Shown: positions 25,258 to 34,745, numbered from the stretch's first letter. The stretch: 40,462 nucleotides of DNA from Bacillota bacterium (GCA_012797175.1 JAAZPQ010000145.1:1-40462); one strand, 5' to 3'. Program-made: numbers and translations. Notes: generated by a model not told the origin, from the sequence alone.

Positions 25258-25758
25258 ATGGAGGCGAAACCGATGCCCTTAACCGCTAAAGAGATCATGA
25301 CTACAGATGTGATCAGCATTAATAAGAAGCAAACCCTTCAAGAAGCAGCCTCTCTCATGGCTGAACATGGTATTAGTGGTCTTCCGGTTACCGACGCCGA
25401 AGGCGTGCTTATCGGCATTATCTCAAACACAGATATTATTGACTATGCCCACAAAGTAAATGTTGTCCCGCTGTTCGACCTTTCTGGATGGGTCTCTCCT
25501 CATACCGAAATTAAAGACCTGGCCTCGATACGGCGGGGAATCGATCTCCTGGCCAAAACAACGGTTGGCCAGCTCATGAAAAAAAAGGTTTACACCGCTC
25601 GCGAAGATACCGGGCTGTTTGAGCTCGCCAGGTTAATGAGCCGGCGCCAGGTCAACCGTGTTCCGATCGTCGACCGGGAAAACAAGCTTATCGGCATCGT
25701 TACCCGCAACGACCTGGTTCAAAATATCGCCCGGTCGAACGACTCTATTAAACCATAA
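25258..25758 (+). CDS. Tandem CBS-domain protein
   Basis: AKEIMTTDVI, ISGLPV.D..G.LIGIIS..D, V.RVPIVD....LIGIVTR.DL. Confidence 0.88.
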   Translation: MEAKPMPLTAKEIMTTDVISINKKQTLQEAASLMAEHGISGLPVTDAEGVLIGIISNTDIIDYAHKVNVVPLFDLSGWVSPHTEIKDLASIRRGIDLLAKTTVGQLMKKKVYTAREDTGLFELARLMSRRQVNRVPIVDRENKLIGIVTRNDLVQNIARSNDSIKP

Positions 25759-25927
25759 ATCGGGCCCTATTGAAAGAGACCCGGTTCGAACGGGCAGTTA
25801 ACCGCGGTTACTTTTATATTAATTACCTTACACGGTTAACCGCCCCTTAACGGGCATAAGATATTCATACTGGGTAAAGATTAATAATTGCTCACTGAAG
25901 GCAAGATAAGTTTCTACCGGCAGCGGA

Positions 25928-27400
25928 ATGATAAATAAATTTATTAAAAAGGAGATTTGGGGATTGTCCAAGGCAAACCAGCCCCCCCCGGCCGGGGCCC
26001 TCCGGGCAGGCTGGCTCAACCGCAGCGCCATCGTCCTGGGTAAAATGCTCATTGGCGCCACCCGCCTGCTTAAACAGGGCGGCACGACCCTGCCTGGAAG
26101 GGCCGCCCTCAAAATTTCACCGCAGCTGACCTCTTACCTGGCCGGGCAGCTGCCTGCAGGGACGATCGTCATTACCGGAACTAACGGTAAAACGACCACC
26201 GCCGCATTGCTGGCGGCGGTCTTTAAACAGGATGGCTGGCGCTGCGTGCATAACGAAGCCGGCTCCAACCTGGACTGGGGAATCGCCTCAACCCTGATTG
26301 AGGCCAGCACCTGGAAAGCGGAACTGCCCGCAGAGATCGCTGTTCTGGAGATCGATGAAGGTGCCTTTCCAGCAATGAGCGTAAGCCTGCAGCCTCGCGC
26401 CGCCGTAGTTACTAATATTTTTCGGGACCAGTTAGACCGCTTCGGCGGAGTCGAACAGGTCCAGTCGGCGATTCAAAGAGGCGTGCAAGCCCTGCCTCCC
26501 GAAGCGTTAGTTTTCTTAAATGCCGATGACCCCCTGGTCGCCGCTATCGACGGGGGCTCCCGGGAAACTTTTTACTACGGCCTGGAGCTACCCCCTTCCG
26601 CGATTAGCGGACTATCTCCGGCAGAAAAGCCAGAAGTGGCCTGTCCCCGCTGCCGCCGGGAGCTACTTTATACCCACATCTATTTTGCCCACCTGGGCCG
26701 TTACCGCTGCCCTTCCTGTGGTTTTCACCGGCCCGAGCCCATCTTCAAGCTGCGCCAGCTTGAGCTCTCTTCCGAAGAAGGCACCGCTATAAAGATGAGC
26801 CTGCGCGGTAGCCCGCTCCGGGCAACGCTGCCCCTACCCGGAATCTACAATCTTTACAATGCCCTGGCCGCGGCGGCCGCCGCTTCAGCTTTCGGCCTTT
26901 CGGGTGCAGCGGTCCAGGAGGCCCTTGGCAATGCCGCTCCGCCCTCCGGCAGGATGGAGCGCCGCCGCATCGCCTCCAGAGAACTGCTTATCGCCCTGAT
27001 TAAAAACCCGGCCGGAGCAAACCAGGTGCTGCAGACCCTGCTCCAAGAAAAACAAGAGCGGCAGATCCACCTTCTTATCGCGATCAATGATCATCCTGCC
27101 GACGGCACCGATATCTCGTGGCTCTGGGAAACAGATTTTGAACAGTTGGCCGCGGCCCGCGCGCAGATCGGCAGTATAACCATCTCCGGAACCAGGGCCC
27201 CGGAGACAGCCCGGCGGCTTGAAGAAGCTGGGCTCTCTCCGGACAGGATGACCGTGGAACCGGCGCTGCCGCGGGCCCTGCGGCAGGCTCTCCTCTCCAC
27301 CGCACCTGGTGAAAAATTAATTGTTCTGCCCAATTATACAGCCATGCGGCAGCTACAGCGAAATCTTGACCGGATCATGGCTGAACCGTCGTCTCAGTAG
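25928..27400 (+). CDS. murT: MurT-like Mur ligase with DUF1727 domain (lipid II isoglutaminyl synthase subunit)
   Basis: GGTTLPG, ITGTNGKTTT, TNIFRDQLDRFG, CPRC...C.SCG zinc ribbon, GIYNLYNALAA, KNPAG, NDHPADGTDISWLW, LPNYTAM. Confidence 0.88.
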   Translation: MINKFIKKEIWGLSKANQPPPAGALRAGWLNRSAIVLGKMLIGATRLLKQGGTTLPGRAALKISPQLTSYLAGQLPAGTIVITGTNGKTTTAALLAAVFKQDGWRCVHNEAGSNLDWGIASTLIEASTWKAELPAEIAVLEIDEGAFPAMSVSLQPRAAVVTNIFRDQLDRFGGVEQVQSAIQRGVQALPPEALVFLNADDPLVAAIDGGSRETFYYGLELPPSAISGLSPAEKPEVACPRCRRELLYTHIYFAHLGRYRCPSCGFHRPEPIFKLRQLELSSEEGTAIKMSLRGSPLRATLPLPGIYNLYNALAAAAAASAFGLSGAAVQEALGNAAPPSGRMERRRIASRELLIALIKNPAGANQVLQTLLQEKQERQIHLLIAINDHPADGTDISWLWETDFEQLAAARAQIGSITISGTRAPETARRLEEAGLSPDRMTVEPALPRALRQALLSTAPGEKLIVLPNYTAMRQLQRNLDRIMAEPSSQ

Positions 27401-27568
27401 CCATCTAATTCCATCAAGTTACTAACTTTTTGATTAAGCAGTAAGGGTGCCCCCATCTAAATTTCGATGACTAATAAGACATTTTTATTTTTTATGCAGG
27501 AATTATATCACAATTCGCGAATGTTTCTTGAGTATCTCCTTTTGTTAGATTAACCTTAAAGAAGGAAG

Positions 27569-28354
27569 GTGAAGAAAGTGAATAAAGATCAAGCCATGGT
27601 GCTGGCACGTTTGCATCTGGGGGCAATCCTTCCCCTTCTTGAGGATATAGCAGCCTACGATGACCCTACTCGCAAAGCAATCGCCAATTGGGATTTTCCC
27701 CTCCAGTTCCGCCTTGCCGGTGGTGAACCGGCAACTACCCTGGTATTTGAAAAGGGATCTGTCACGGCACACCGCGGTAAATTTAAGGGCTACCCCCCCG
27801 CCCTGACTTTTAAAGACGCCTCCTTCCTAAACGAAGTTTTCCAGGGCAAGACAGAAAAAAACCCCACACCGAACCTGCCGGGCATCTTCAAAGCCAAGCA
27901 ACTGCTGCAAGTTGACGAAGTCTTGGGACGACTTGAATACTATTTAAAACCGGAACCAGAGCTACTGGCCAACCCCGATACATTTGCTTTCTGTGTCCGG
28001 ATAACCCTTTATGCTACTGCTTTCGGGATAAAAGAAGTCGGAGAGCATGACCTTGAAGTGCGCCCTATTGCCCTGGATCTGCCTGACGGTACCGTCGAGA
28101 TGCGGGTGGCGGATGGCCCCGCAGCCCATCTTATAGTTAAAAAAGGCAATTTCGAACCCTGGCGCGGACCGGCCCAAAAACCTAATGCCATTCTTGAGTT
28201 CAACAATCTGCAGACAGCCTGGGATACCTTCCAGGGTAATCTTGATACCTTTGCCGCTATCGGCAACGGTAAAATAAAGCTGCGTGGGTTTATCCCCCTT
28301 ATCGAAGGGATCAACCCGCTTATGGACCGATTGGCCTATTACCTCTCCGATTAG
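27569..28354 (+). CDS. Tandem SCP2-like (lipid-binding fold) protein A
   Basis: Two repeats of the SCP2 pattern (QFRLAGGEP.TTLVFEKG...; VEMRVADGPAAHL.VKKG...); C-terminal G.LDTFAAIGNGKIKLRG. Confidence 0.65.
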   Translation: MKKVNKDQAMVLARLHLGAILPLLEDIAAYDDPTRKAIANWDFPLQFRLAGGEPATTLVFEKGSVTAHRGKFKGYPPALTFKDASFLNEVFQGKTEKNPTPNLPGIFKAKQLLQVDEVLGRLEYYLKPEPELLANPDTFAFCVRITLYATAFGIKEVGEHDLEVRPIALDLPDGTVEMRVADGPAAHLIVKKGNFEPWRGPAQKPNAILEFNNLQTAWDTFQGNLDTFAAIGNGKIKLRGFIPLIEGINPLMDRLAYYLSD

Positions 28355-28382
28355 AAAATAGAATTGGAGGAGGAGCAATACG

Positions 28383-29633
28383 ATGAGCAAAGTTACCGAG
28401 AAACTCTACAGTTTTGATAAATCAATGGCGCTTTTTGCCCGGGCCGCCGAGGTCATCCCCGGAGGAATTTACGGGCACTTTTCACCGACACTAACTGTTC
28501 CCGGTTCATTCCCCTACTATACAGCAGAAGCTAACGGCTGCCGTTACACCGACGTGGACGGCAACGAGTTTATTGACTATATCTGCGGTTACGGACCGAT
28601 GGTCATCGGCTACCGGAACAAAGCGATCGACGAAGCCGCTGCGGCTCAGCAGGCCCTGGCTGACTGCACCAACCACCCCGGCGAGGTGATGGTGAAGCTG
28701 GCCGAGCGCCTGATAGAGCTGATCCCCACTGCCGACTGGGCTTTTTTTGGCAAAAACGGCGGCGATATGACCACCTATGCCACCCTGGTAGCGCGGGCTT
28801 ATACCAACCGTAAAAAGATCATCATGGTGCGCGGCCATTACCACGGCGTGGCTCCCTGGTGCACAGGGCTTGGTTTCGGGGGGATCACCCCTGAAGATCA
28901 TATACACATTCTCCAGGTCAACTGGAACGATCTGGACGGGTTTGAGAAGCTGGTTCGGCAATACCGGGGCGAGATCGCCGGCTTTATCGCTCAACCGTAC
29001 CACCATATCAATTTTGGAGACCAGGTCATGCCGGCTCCCGGTTACTGGGAAGGGATTGAGCGAATCTGCCGCGAAGAAGGCATTGTCCTCATTCTAGACG
29101 ATGTCCGTGCCGGTTTTCGCCTCAGCATGAAGGGATCCGGCGATTACTTCGGCTTCAAGCCCGACCTGAGCTGTTATTGCAAAGCGATAGCCAACGGCTA
29201 CCCGATCTCAGCCTGCGTCGGACGCAAGGAGCTGATGAATGCCGCTTCGAAGGTCTTCTTTACCGGCTCCTTCTGGACCGCCCAGGTGGCAATGGCCGCC
29301 TCTCTGGCCACCTTGCAAGAGCTGGAAAAAACCAACGCTATTGAGAAAATGAAAGAAAGCGGAACCTTGCTTATGGATGGGCTTAAAGAGCTGGGCAACC
29401 GCTACGGCCTCGAGGTGACCACATCCGGTCCGCCGGCGATCCCGTTTATGCGTTTTACCGAAGATCATGATTTTTACTGGCAACAGGTCTTCTGCTCTGA
29501 AGTAACCAGGCGGGGTTCTTTCTTCCACCCCCATCACAACTGGTTTATCTCGGCGGCTCATGAAAAGGAGGATATCGAGGAGACTCTTAATCATGCTGAA
29601 GCGGCCATAAAGGTACTGAAAAAGAAGATTTAG
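28383..29633 (+). CDS. Class III PLP aminotransferase, GSA-aminomutase-like but not HemL
   Basis: DVDGNEFIDY, GHYHG, LILDDVRAGFR, CKAIANGYPI; IPGGIYGHFSP replaces the HemL GGVNSPVRAF motif. Confidence 0.85.
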   Translation: MSKVTEKLYSFDKSMALFARAAEVIPGGIYGHFSPTLTVPGSFPYYTAEANGCRYTDVDGNEFIDYICGYGPMVIGYRNKAIDEAAAAQQALADCTNHPGEVMVKLAERLIELIPTADWAFFGKNGGDMTTYATLVARAYTNRKKIIMVRGHYHGVAPWCTGLGFGGITPEDHIHILQVNWNDLDGFEKLVRQYRGEIAGFIAQPYHHINFGDQVMPAPGYWEGIERICREEGIVLILDDVRAGFRLSMKGSGDYFGFKPDLSCYCKAIANGYPISACVGRKELMNAASKVFFTGSFWTAQVAMAASLATLQELEKTNAIEKMKESGTLLMDGLKELGNRYGLEVTTSGPPAIPFMRFTEDHDFYWQQVFCSEVTRRGSFFHPHHNWFISAAHEKEDIEETLNHAEAAIKVLKKKI

Positions 29634-29675
29634 CGCCAGGGATGTTTATAAACTAAGTAAGGAGGTAAAAACCAT

Positions 29676-30518
29676 ATGCCGTTAACCGAACAGGAGATAG
29701 CCTTTTTAAAGGAGAAGGCCTGGTTAATCAGGCGCAACACTGTTAAAACCATGCTGTGGGCCGGCGGCGGCCACGCCGGGGGAGGCCTTAGCCAAACCGA
29801 CATCCTGGTTGCACTCTACTACCACTATTTGAAAATAGATCCCAAAAACCCGGATTGGGAAGACCGCGACCGGGTCATCTTGAGCAAGGGTCATGGCGGG
29901 ATCGGCTTCGCCCCCATTCTAGGGGATCTCGGGTATTTTGACGAAGAGATGCTCAAGGAATTCAACCATACCGGTTCTCCCTTCGGGATGCACCTCGATA
30001 TGCGCCAGGTCCCCGGGGTCGATGCTTCGACCGGTTCTCTCGGGCACGGCCTGCCCATCGCCGTAGGGATGGCCCTGGGGGCGCGCCTGAAGAAGAAATC
30101 CTGGCGGGTCTACTGTATCATCGGCGACGGAGAATGCCACGAAGGCTCGATCTGGGAAGCAGCCATGAGCGCCGCCCATTACAAGGTAGATAACCTTACC
30201 GCATTCATTGACCGCAACAAGCACTGCATTGACGGTCCCACTGAGAACATAATGAGCCTGGAGCCGCTGAAAGAGAAGTGGATTAGCTTCGGCTGGCATG
30301 CTCTCGAGATCGACGGCCATGACTTTGCCGAAATTGGCAACGCCATTGAAGAAGCTTTACAAACCTCCGGTCGCCCGACCGTGATTATCGCCCACACGAT
30401 CAAGGGGAAAGGCGTCGACTACATGGAAGATGACCCGGCCTGGCATTACGGCGGGATCGACTCGGACGGATTAGAAAAAGCCTTAGAATCAATCGACCGG
30501 ATGTACGGTAAGGCGTAG
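29676..30518 (+). CDS. Split transketolase, N-terminal (ThDP-binding) subunit
   Basis: GHAGG, DRVILSKGH, STGSLGHG, GDGECHEGSIWEA...DRN, AHTIKGKGV. Confidence 0.92.
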   Translation: MPLTEQEIAFLKEKAWLIRRNTVKTMLWAGGGHAGGGLSQTDILVALYYHYLKIDPKNPDWEDRDRVILSKGHGGIGFAPILGDLGYFDEEMLKEFNHTGSPFGMHLDMRQVPGVDASTGSLGHGLPIAVGMALGARLKKKSWRVYCIIGDGECHEGSIWEAAMSAAHYKVDNLTAFIDRNKHCIDGPTENIMSLEPLKEKWISFGWHALEIDGHDFAEIGNAIEEALQTSGRPTVIIAHTIKGKGVDYMEDDPAWHYGGIDSDGLEKALESIDRMYGKA

Positions 30519-30550
30519 GCCTACCACACCGCTGAAAGGAGGAGCTTAAC

Positions 30551-31558
30551 TTGAGTACAGGTTTAACCTATCATACTTACGATACAGACCATATGACCCC
30601 GGCAGAAATCTATGGGCATGTCCTTGCCGAGCTCGGTGAGGAGAGAGAAGATATTGTCGGCCTGACCGCCGACCTGGCCAAGTCCACCAAGATCGGCAAG
30701 TTCGGCAACAAATTTCCCGAGCGCTTCTTTAACGTAGGCATCGCCGAGCAGAATCTCTTCGGGATGGCTGCAGGCCTGGCCCTGGCTGGATTTACCCCCT
30801 TTGTCTCTACTTTCGCCGTCTTTGCTTCGCTGCGGGCGGGGGAGCAGGTGCGCACAGACATCTGCTACATGAAGCTCAACTGCAAGATCATCGCCACCCA
30901 CTCGGGGATCTCTTTCGGCCAGGCGGGCTCAACGCACCACTGCAACGAAGACCTGGGAGTAATGCGAACCTTCCCCAATATGACGGTAATCGCCCCCGCC
31001 GACGGCTACGAGACCGCCAACGCGGTGATCGCCAGCCTTGATCGTCCCGGCCCGGTCTATATCCGGATTGGGCGCGGCTTTGAGCAGACCGTTTACGAAA
31101 GCGCAGATTACGGCTTTGAAATTGGCAAGGCGGTGACGATGCATGAAGGATCGGATATCACCGTAATGGCCATCGGACCCTGTGTTTTGCATGCTCTGGA
31201 GGCGGCAAAACGGCTGAAAGAGCAAGATATCTCGGTACGGGTCTTAAACATGCACACAATCAAACCGATTGATAAAGAAGCGGTTTTCGCCGCGGTCAAC
31301 GACACGCGTAAGATCATTACCGTGGAGCCGCATAACATTTACGGCGGCCTGGGGACCGCCGTGGCCGAGACCATCACCGAAGGCGGCAAGTCTTGCGCGC
31401 TCAAGCGCCTGGGGCTACAAGATGAGTTTGCCATTGTCGGCTACACCGATGACCTTTACAGCTACTACAAGCTTGATGATAACGGGATCATGGAGGCCGT
31501 TAGCGATATGCTCGGCCTCGAAGTAGAAGAAGATGAAGACTGGGAGGACGAGATTTAA
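30551..31558 (+). CDS. Split transketolase, C-terminal (pyrimidine-binding) subunit
   Basis: ADLAKST, FFNVGIAEQN, FAVFASLRAGEQVR, GPVYIRIGR, NMHTIKPID; TTG start with AGGAGG RBS. Confidence 0.92.
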   Translation: MSTGLTYHTYDTDHMTPAEIYGHVLAELGEEREDIVGLTADLAKSTKIGKFGNKFPERFFNVGIAEQNLFGMAAGLALAGFTPFVSTFAVFASLRAGEQVRTDICYMKLNCKIIATHSGISFGQAGSTHHCNEDLGVMRTFPNMTVIAPADGYETANAVIASLDRPGPVYIRIGRGFEQTVYESADYGFEIGKAVTMHEGSDITVMAIGPCVLHALEAAKRLKEQDISVRVLNMHTIKPIDKEAVFAAVNDTRKIITVEPHNIYGGLGTAVAETITEGGKSCALKRLGLQDEFAIVGYTDDLYSYYKLDDNGIMEAVSDMLGLEVEEDEDWEDEI

Positions 31559-31577
31559 GAAAGGAGGCCGACTCTGT

Positions 31578-32351
31578 ATGCCCGATCAAGAAAGACTGAC
31601 GGCTATTCTGCTGATGCGAGCGGCTCTCCCGCTGACCAAGACGCTGCTGGAGGAGAAGCCGGAGCTGGCTCGCAAATACGCCGGCTGGAACCGGGTAATC
31701 CAGTTCCAGGTAAAAGACGATCCCGAGCTGGCCTGTCACCTGCAGTTCGTTGATGGAAAGCTGGACTACGTTGTCGGCAGGCACCCTTCGCCGCATATCG
31801 ATTTTGTCTTTAAAACACCGGCTGACTTTGTCGCCCTGATGTCTGGCAAGTTTGCCCTGCCCAAAATCCGGGGAGCCATAAGACATTTCGGAACCCTGGT
31901 TAAATTTCTACCGCTGCTGCTCGGCCTGACCTTGCTTTTACCCTCCAAGTTGCCAAAAGAACCGGAAGAGCGGGCCCTAAAGGTAAAGATGCTGCTTTAT
32001 TTTACGTCGGTAGCGCTCTCTCTACTCAATAAGTACGGCCATGAAGGGATGCAAGAGTTTACCCGGGATATGCCCGACCGGATCTTTCAATGGTCAGTGC
32101 AATCGGGTGAACCGGCAGCCTACTTGCGCATCAAGAAAGGGCGGACCAAGGCCGGTAAAGGCATTTACGGCCGGCGTCGTCCCTTTGCTCATATGATCTT
32201 CTCCTCGATCGATGCTGCTTTTCTGGTGCTTACCGGCCAGATTGACAACAATGAGGCTATGCGGGACGGTCTGCTGGTCGTTGACGGTTCACCGGAGCAT
32301 GCAAAGGATATCTCCACGATCATGAAAAATATCGAATCGATGATCGCCTGA
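31578..32351 (+). CDS. Tandem SCP2-like protein B (distant paralog of 27569..28354)
   Basis: Same two-domain layout (IQFQVKDDP..ACHLQFVDG...; FQWSVQSGEPAAYLRIKKG...GQID...AMRDGLLVVDG); start reassigned from 31533 to ATG 31578 after AAGGAGG. Confidence 0.65.
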   Translation: MPDQERLTAILLMRAALPLTKTLLEEKPELARKYAGWNRVIQFQVKDDPELACHLQFVDGKLDYVVGRHPSPHIDFVFKTPADFVALMSGKFALPKIRGAIRHFGTLVKFLPLLLGLTLLLPSKLPKEPEERALKVKMLLYFTSVALSLLNKYGHEGMQEFTRDMPDRIFQWSVQSGEPAAYLRIKKGRTKAGKGIYGRRRPFAHMIFSSIDAAFLVLTGQIDNNEAMRDGLLVVDGSPEHAKDISTIMKNIESMIA

Positions 32352-32402
32352 ATTAAGTTATCAACGCGGGGGTATCTCCAATCCCCGCACCTTCATTCTC
32401 GC

Positions 32403-32446
32403 AAATAGGGGTGGGAAGTTAAAAACAGCTTCCCACTCATCTATTT
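32403..32446 (+). terminator. Long hairpin at the end of the SCP2/transketolase operon
   Basis: AAATAG-GGGTGGGAAGT...GCTTCCCACTC-CTATTT bulged stem between convergent genes. Confidence 0.5.
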
Positions 32447-32489
32447 CGGCCCGCCGCAAAAAGAAAAGCCCGGGAGCTCTTTCTTATTT

Positions 32490-32552
32490 CCCCTCCCTTG
32501 AGGGGGCTCTGGGCTTAGGGTAGGGGCGAGGGGCAAGGTTCCCCTCGCCCCT
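32490..32552. repeat. G/C-run palindromic repeat cluster
   Basis: CCCCTCCCTTGAGGGGG (32490-32506) followed by AGGGGCGAGGGG-N7-CCCCTCGCCCCT (32522-32552); related to 38767-38803. Confidence 0.6.
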
Positions 32553-32587
32553 GCACCAAAATTTAGAAGGCCATCTCTCGCGGGCGC

Positions 32588-33499
32588 TTAATCACGGTAA
32601 TCGATGACCGCTTCTTCTTTTAACCTCATAATTAACTCTTGGATCAGCAGCGGAATCTTTTCGTCTTTGAGAGCCTCTTTGACTTCTTCGGCGACCTCTT
32701 CGTAGGTCACTTTTCGGCCTTCCTTGTGCTCGAGCGTCTCGATGACATGATAACCATGAATGGTTTTCACCGGCTCGCTCCTCTCGCCGACCGCCAGGGC
32801 AAAGGCTGCATCTTCAAACTCCTTGACCATTTCACCGCGGGGGAAGAAGCCGAGATCGCCGCCCTGCTCCTTTGAACCGGAGTCCTGAGAATGCTTTTTG
32901 GCCAGTTCGGCGAAGTCTTCACCTTTATCCAGGCGGGAGAGCATCTCCAGGGCCTCTTTCTCGGTTTCGACCAAGATATGGCGCGCCTTAACCTCTTCAG
33001 GTATGTCAAAAGCTCCGGGGTTTTCGTCAAAATATTCCCGGGCTTCTTCATCGCTGATCTCCAGGTCGGCGCTGACAATCTTTTCCGCTATAAGACTGAC
33101 CCGGGTATTTTCCCGGAACAGCTCTACCGAGTAACCTTGCTGCTCCAGGTAGGAGCTGAACTGCTCTTTATCGCCCAGAAAGTACTCTTCAACAATTTTG
33201 TCGATTTCGGCATCGATCTCTTCGTCGCTGACCGTGATGCCCAATTTTTTACCTTCTTGTAAAACCAACCGCTCGACGATGAGGTTATCAAGAACATCCC
33301 TGCCCCCTTGCATATAGAGGGCTGTATAAAGTTGATCGCGAGTAATCTTCTCCCCGTTCACTACAGCCACCGCCGGGTTATGCTGCAAAAAGATGATCAC
33401 CGCTGCCGCTCCCACGATTACCAGGACCAATACCAACAGGATAATTCTCTGCGGTTTTAGAAAATTGCCCACCCCTTTTTGCTCTTCCATTTCGCTCAT
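32588..33499 (-). CDS. Parvulin-type peptidyl-prolyl isomerase (PrsA/YacD-like foldase)
   Basis: [34 protein letters not shown]...[32 protein letters not shown]; TM anchor without a lipobox Cys. Confidence 0.9.
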   Translation of the reverse strand: MSEMEEQKGVGNFLKPQRIILLVLVLVIVGAAAVIIFLQHNPAVAVVNGEKITRDQLYTALYMQGGRDVLDNLIVERLVLQEGKKLGITVSDEEIDAEIDKIVEEYFLGDKEQFSSYLEQQGYSVELFRENTRVSLIAEKIVSADLEISDEEAREYFDENPGAFDIPEEVKARHILVETEKEALEMLSRLDKGEDFAELAKKHSQDSGSKEQGGDLGFFPRGEMVKEFEDAAFALAVGERSEPVKTIHGYHVIETLEHKEGRKVTYEEVAEEVKEALKDEKIPLLIQELIMRLKEEAVIDYRD

Positions 33500-33551
33500 T
33501 TAAGAACCTCTCTTCTATTCTAATAAGTTACTTGTCCAACCCTACCGTTAA

Positions 33552-33579
33552 ATTATAACACGACTAAAAGTGCCGTCAA
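33552..33579 (-). promoter_or_regulatory. SigA promoter of the foldase gene
   Basis: TTGACG-N16-TATAAT with an extended TGn motif. Confidence 0.6.
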
Positions 33580-33644
33580 CCAGTATGAAATACCAAGTGT
33601 TAACCTTCCAGAAGATGCTGACTTAGAGCAGGAGCCGGCTTTTT

Positions 33645-34517
33645 TCAAGGGATAATTTTGTTCAGCGGAAACTCCACGATCCCCTCGGCCCCGGCCTCTT
33701 TCAGTTCATAAACCAGGTCACGGACAGTTTTCTCTTCCACGACGCTCTCTACCGCCACCCAGCAATCTTCACTGAGGGTGGAGACGGTCGGCTGGCGCAA
33801 AGCAGGCAACTTGGCGATAACCCGCTCGAGATTATCGCGGTGCACGTTCATCTTCAGCATCACCTTCTGCTCCGCCAGCAACGCCCCTTTCAGCAGGGTC
33901 ACCATATGCTCCACTTTTTTCTTCTTCCAGGGATCACTCCAGCTGGCCGCATTCATGATCACCCGCGGCGTAGAGACTAATATGGTCTCAATTTCACGCA
34001 GGTTATTTGCTTTTAAGGAGCGCCCCGTTTCAGTAAGCTCGGCAATGGCATCGGCCAGAAGAGGGGGCTTCACCTCGGTGGCCCCCCAGGAGAAGAGCAC
34101 CGTTGCAGAAACCCCTTTACTCTGCAGGTATCGCCTGGTGGTCTCGACCAGCTCGGTGGCCACCCGCTTTCCCTCCAGGTCGGTGACCGCATTAATTTCT
34201 GAATCACGGGGCACCGCCAAAACCAGGCGCACCGGCCGCAACCCCCGCTTCGAGAAAGCAAGTTCGGCCACCTCTTCTACCTCGACCCCGGTTTCAACGA
34301 TCCAGTCTTTGCCGGTAAGCCCGACATCGAGAACCTGCGCGGCGACATACTTGGGGATCTCCTGGGCGCGGATAAGCACGCATTCGATCTCTTCATCATC
34401 AATGTGCGGGTAGTACGAACGCTCGCCGATATTGATATTGTAGCCTGCTTTTTTAAAGATCTCCATAGTCGATTCCTGTAGGCTTCCCGCGGGAAGCCCC
34501 AATTTAAGCCTCTTCAA
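33645..34517 (-). CDS. hisG: ATP phosphoribosyltransferase, long form
   Basis: LKLGLPAGSLQ, IRAQEIPKYV, D.GLTGKDW, SWGATEVKP, ELTETGRSL..N.L, C-terminal regulatory domain LP....PTVS.L; start reassigned from 34661 to TTG 34517. Confidence 0.93.
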   Translation of the reverse strand: MKRLKLGLPAGSLQESTMEIFKKAGYNINIGERSYYPHIDDEEIECVLIRAQEIPKYVAAQVLDVGLTGKDWIVETGVEVEEVAELAFSKRGLRPVRLVLAVPRDSEINAVTDLEGKRVATELVETTRRYLQSKGVSATVLFSWGATEVKPPLLADAIAELTETGRSLKANNLREIETILVSTPRVIMNAASWSDPWKKKKVEHMVTLLKGALLAEQKVMLKMNVHRDNLERVIAKLPALRQPTVSTLSEDCWVAVESVVEEKTVRDLVYELKEAGAEGIVEFPLNKIIP

Positions 34518-34560
34518 CCGTATTCTTCCCTTCTTTAATGTCCTGTGAATAGTTGAATTT

Positions 34561-34589
34561 AAGCTATCATCTTTGGAAGTTGCTGTCAA
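34561..34589 (-). promoter_or_regulatory. SigA-like promoter of hisG
   Basis: TTGACA-N17-TAGCTT about 45 nt upstream of TTG 34517. Confidence 0.55.
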
Positions 34590-34745
34590 CAGCTTTCTGG
34601 CCAAAATGGTCGAAATTAGAGCGGTTGCCGGTCGAATTTTGTTTACTCTTTCTGACAACACCGGCTACATCTCGCTCGACCAGGGCATCGGGGCGCCGCT
34701 CGGAGCCGGTTGTTCTACAAGAAATAGGGAGACCGAAAAAGCTAT

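Noticed and set aside
28383-29633. hemL (glutamate-1-semialdehyde aminomutase) assignment
   Set aside because: Lacks the GGVNSPVRAF motif and any hem gene context
29676-31558. Housekeeping pentose-phosphate transketolase or DXP synthase
   Set aside because: Split architecture, altered acceptor motif and operon context argue for a specialised enzyme; no gene symbol given
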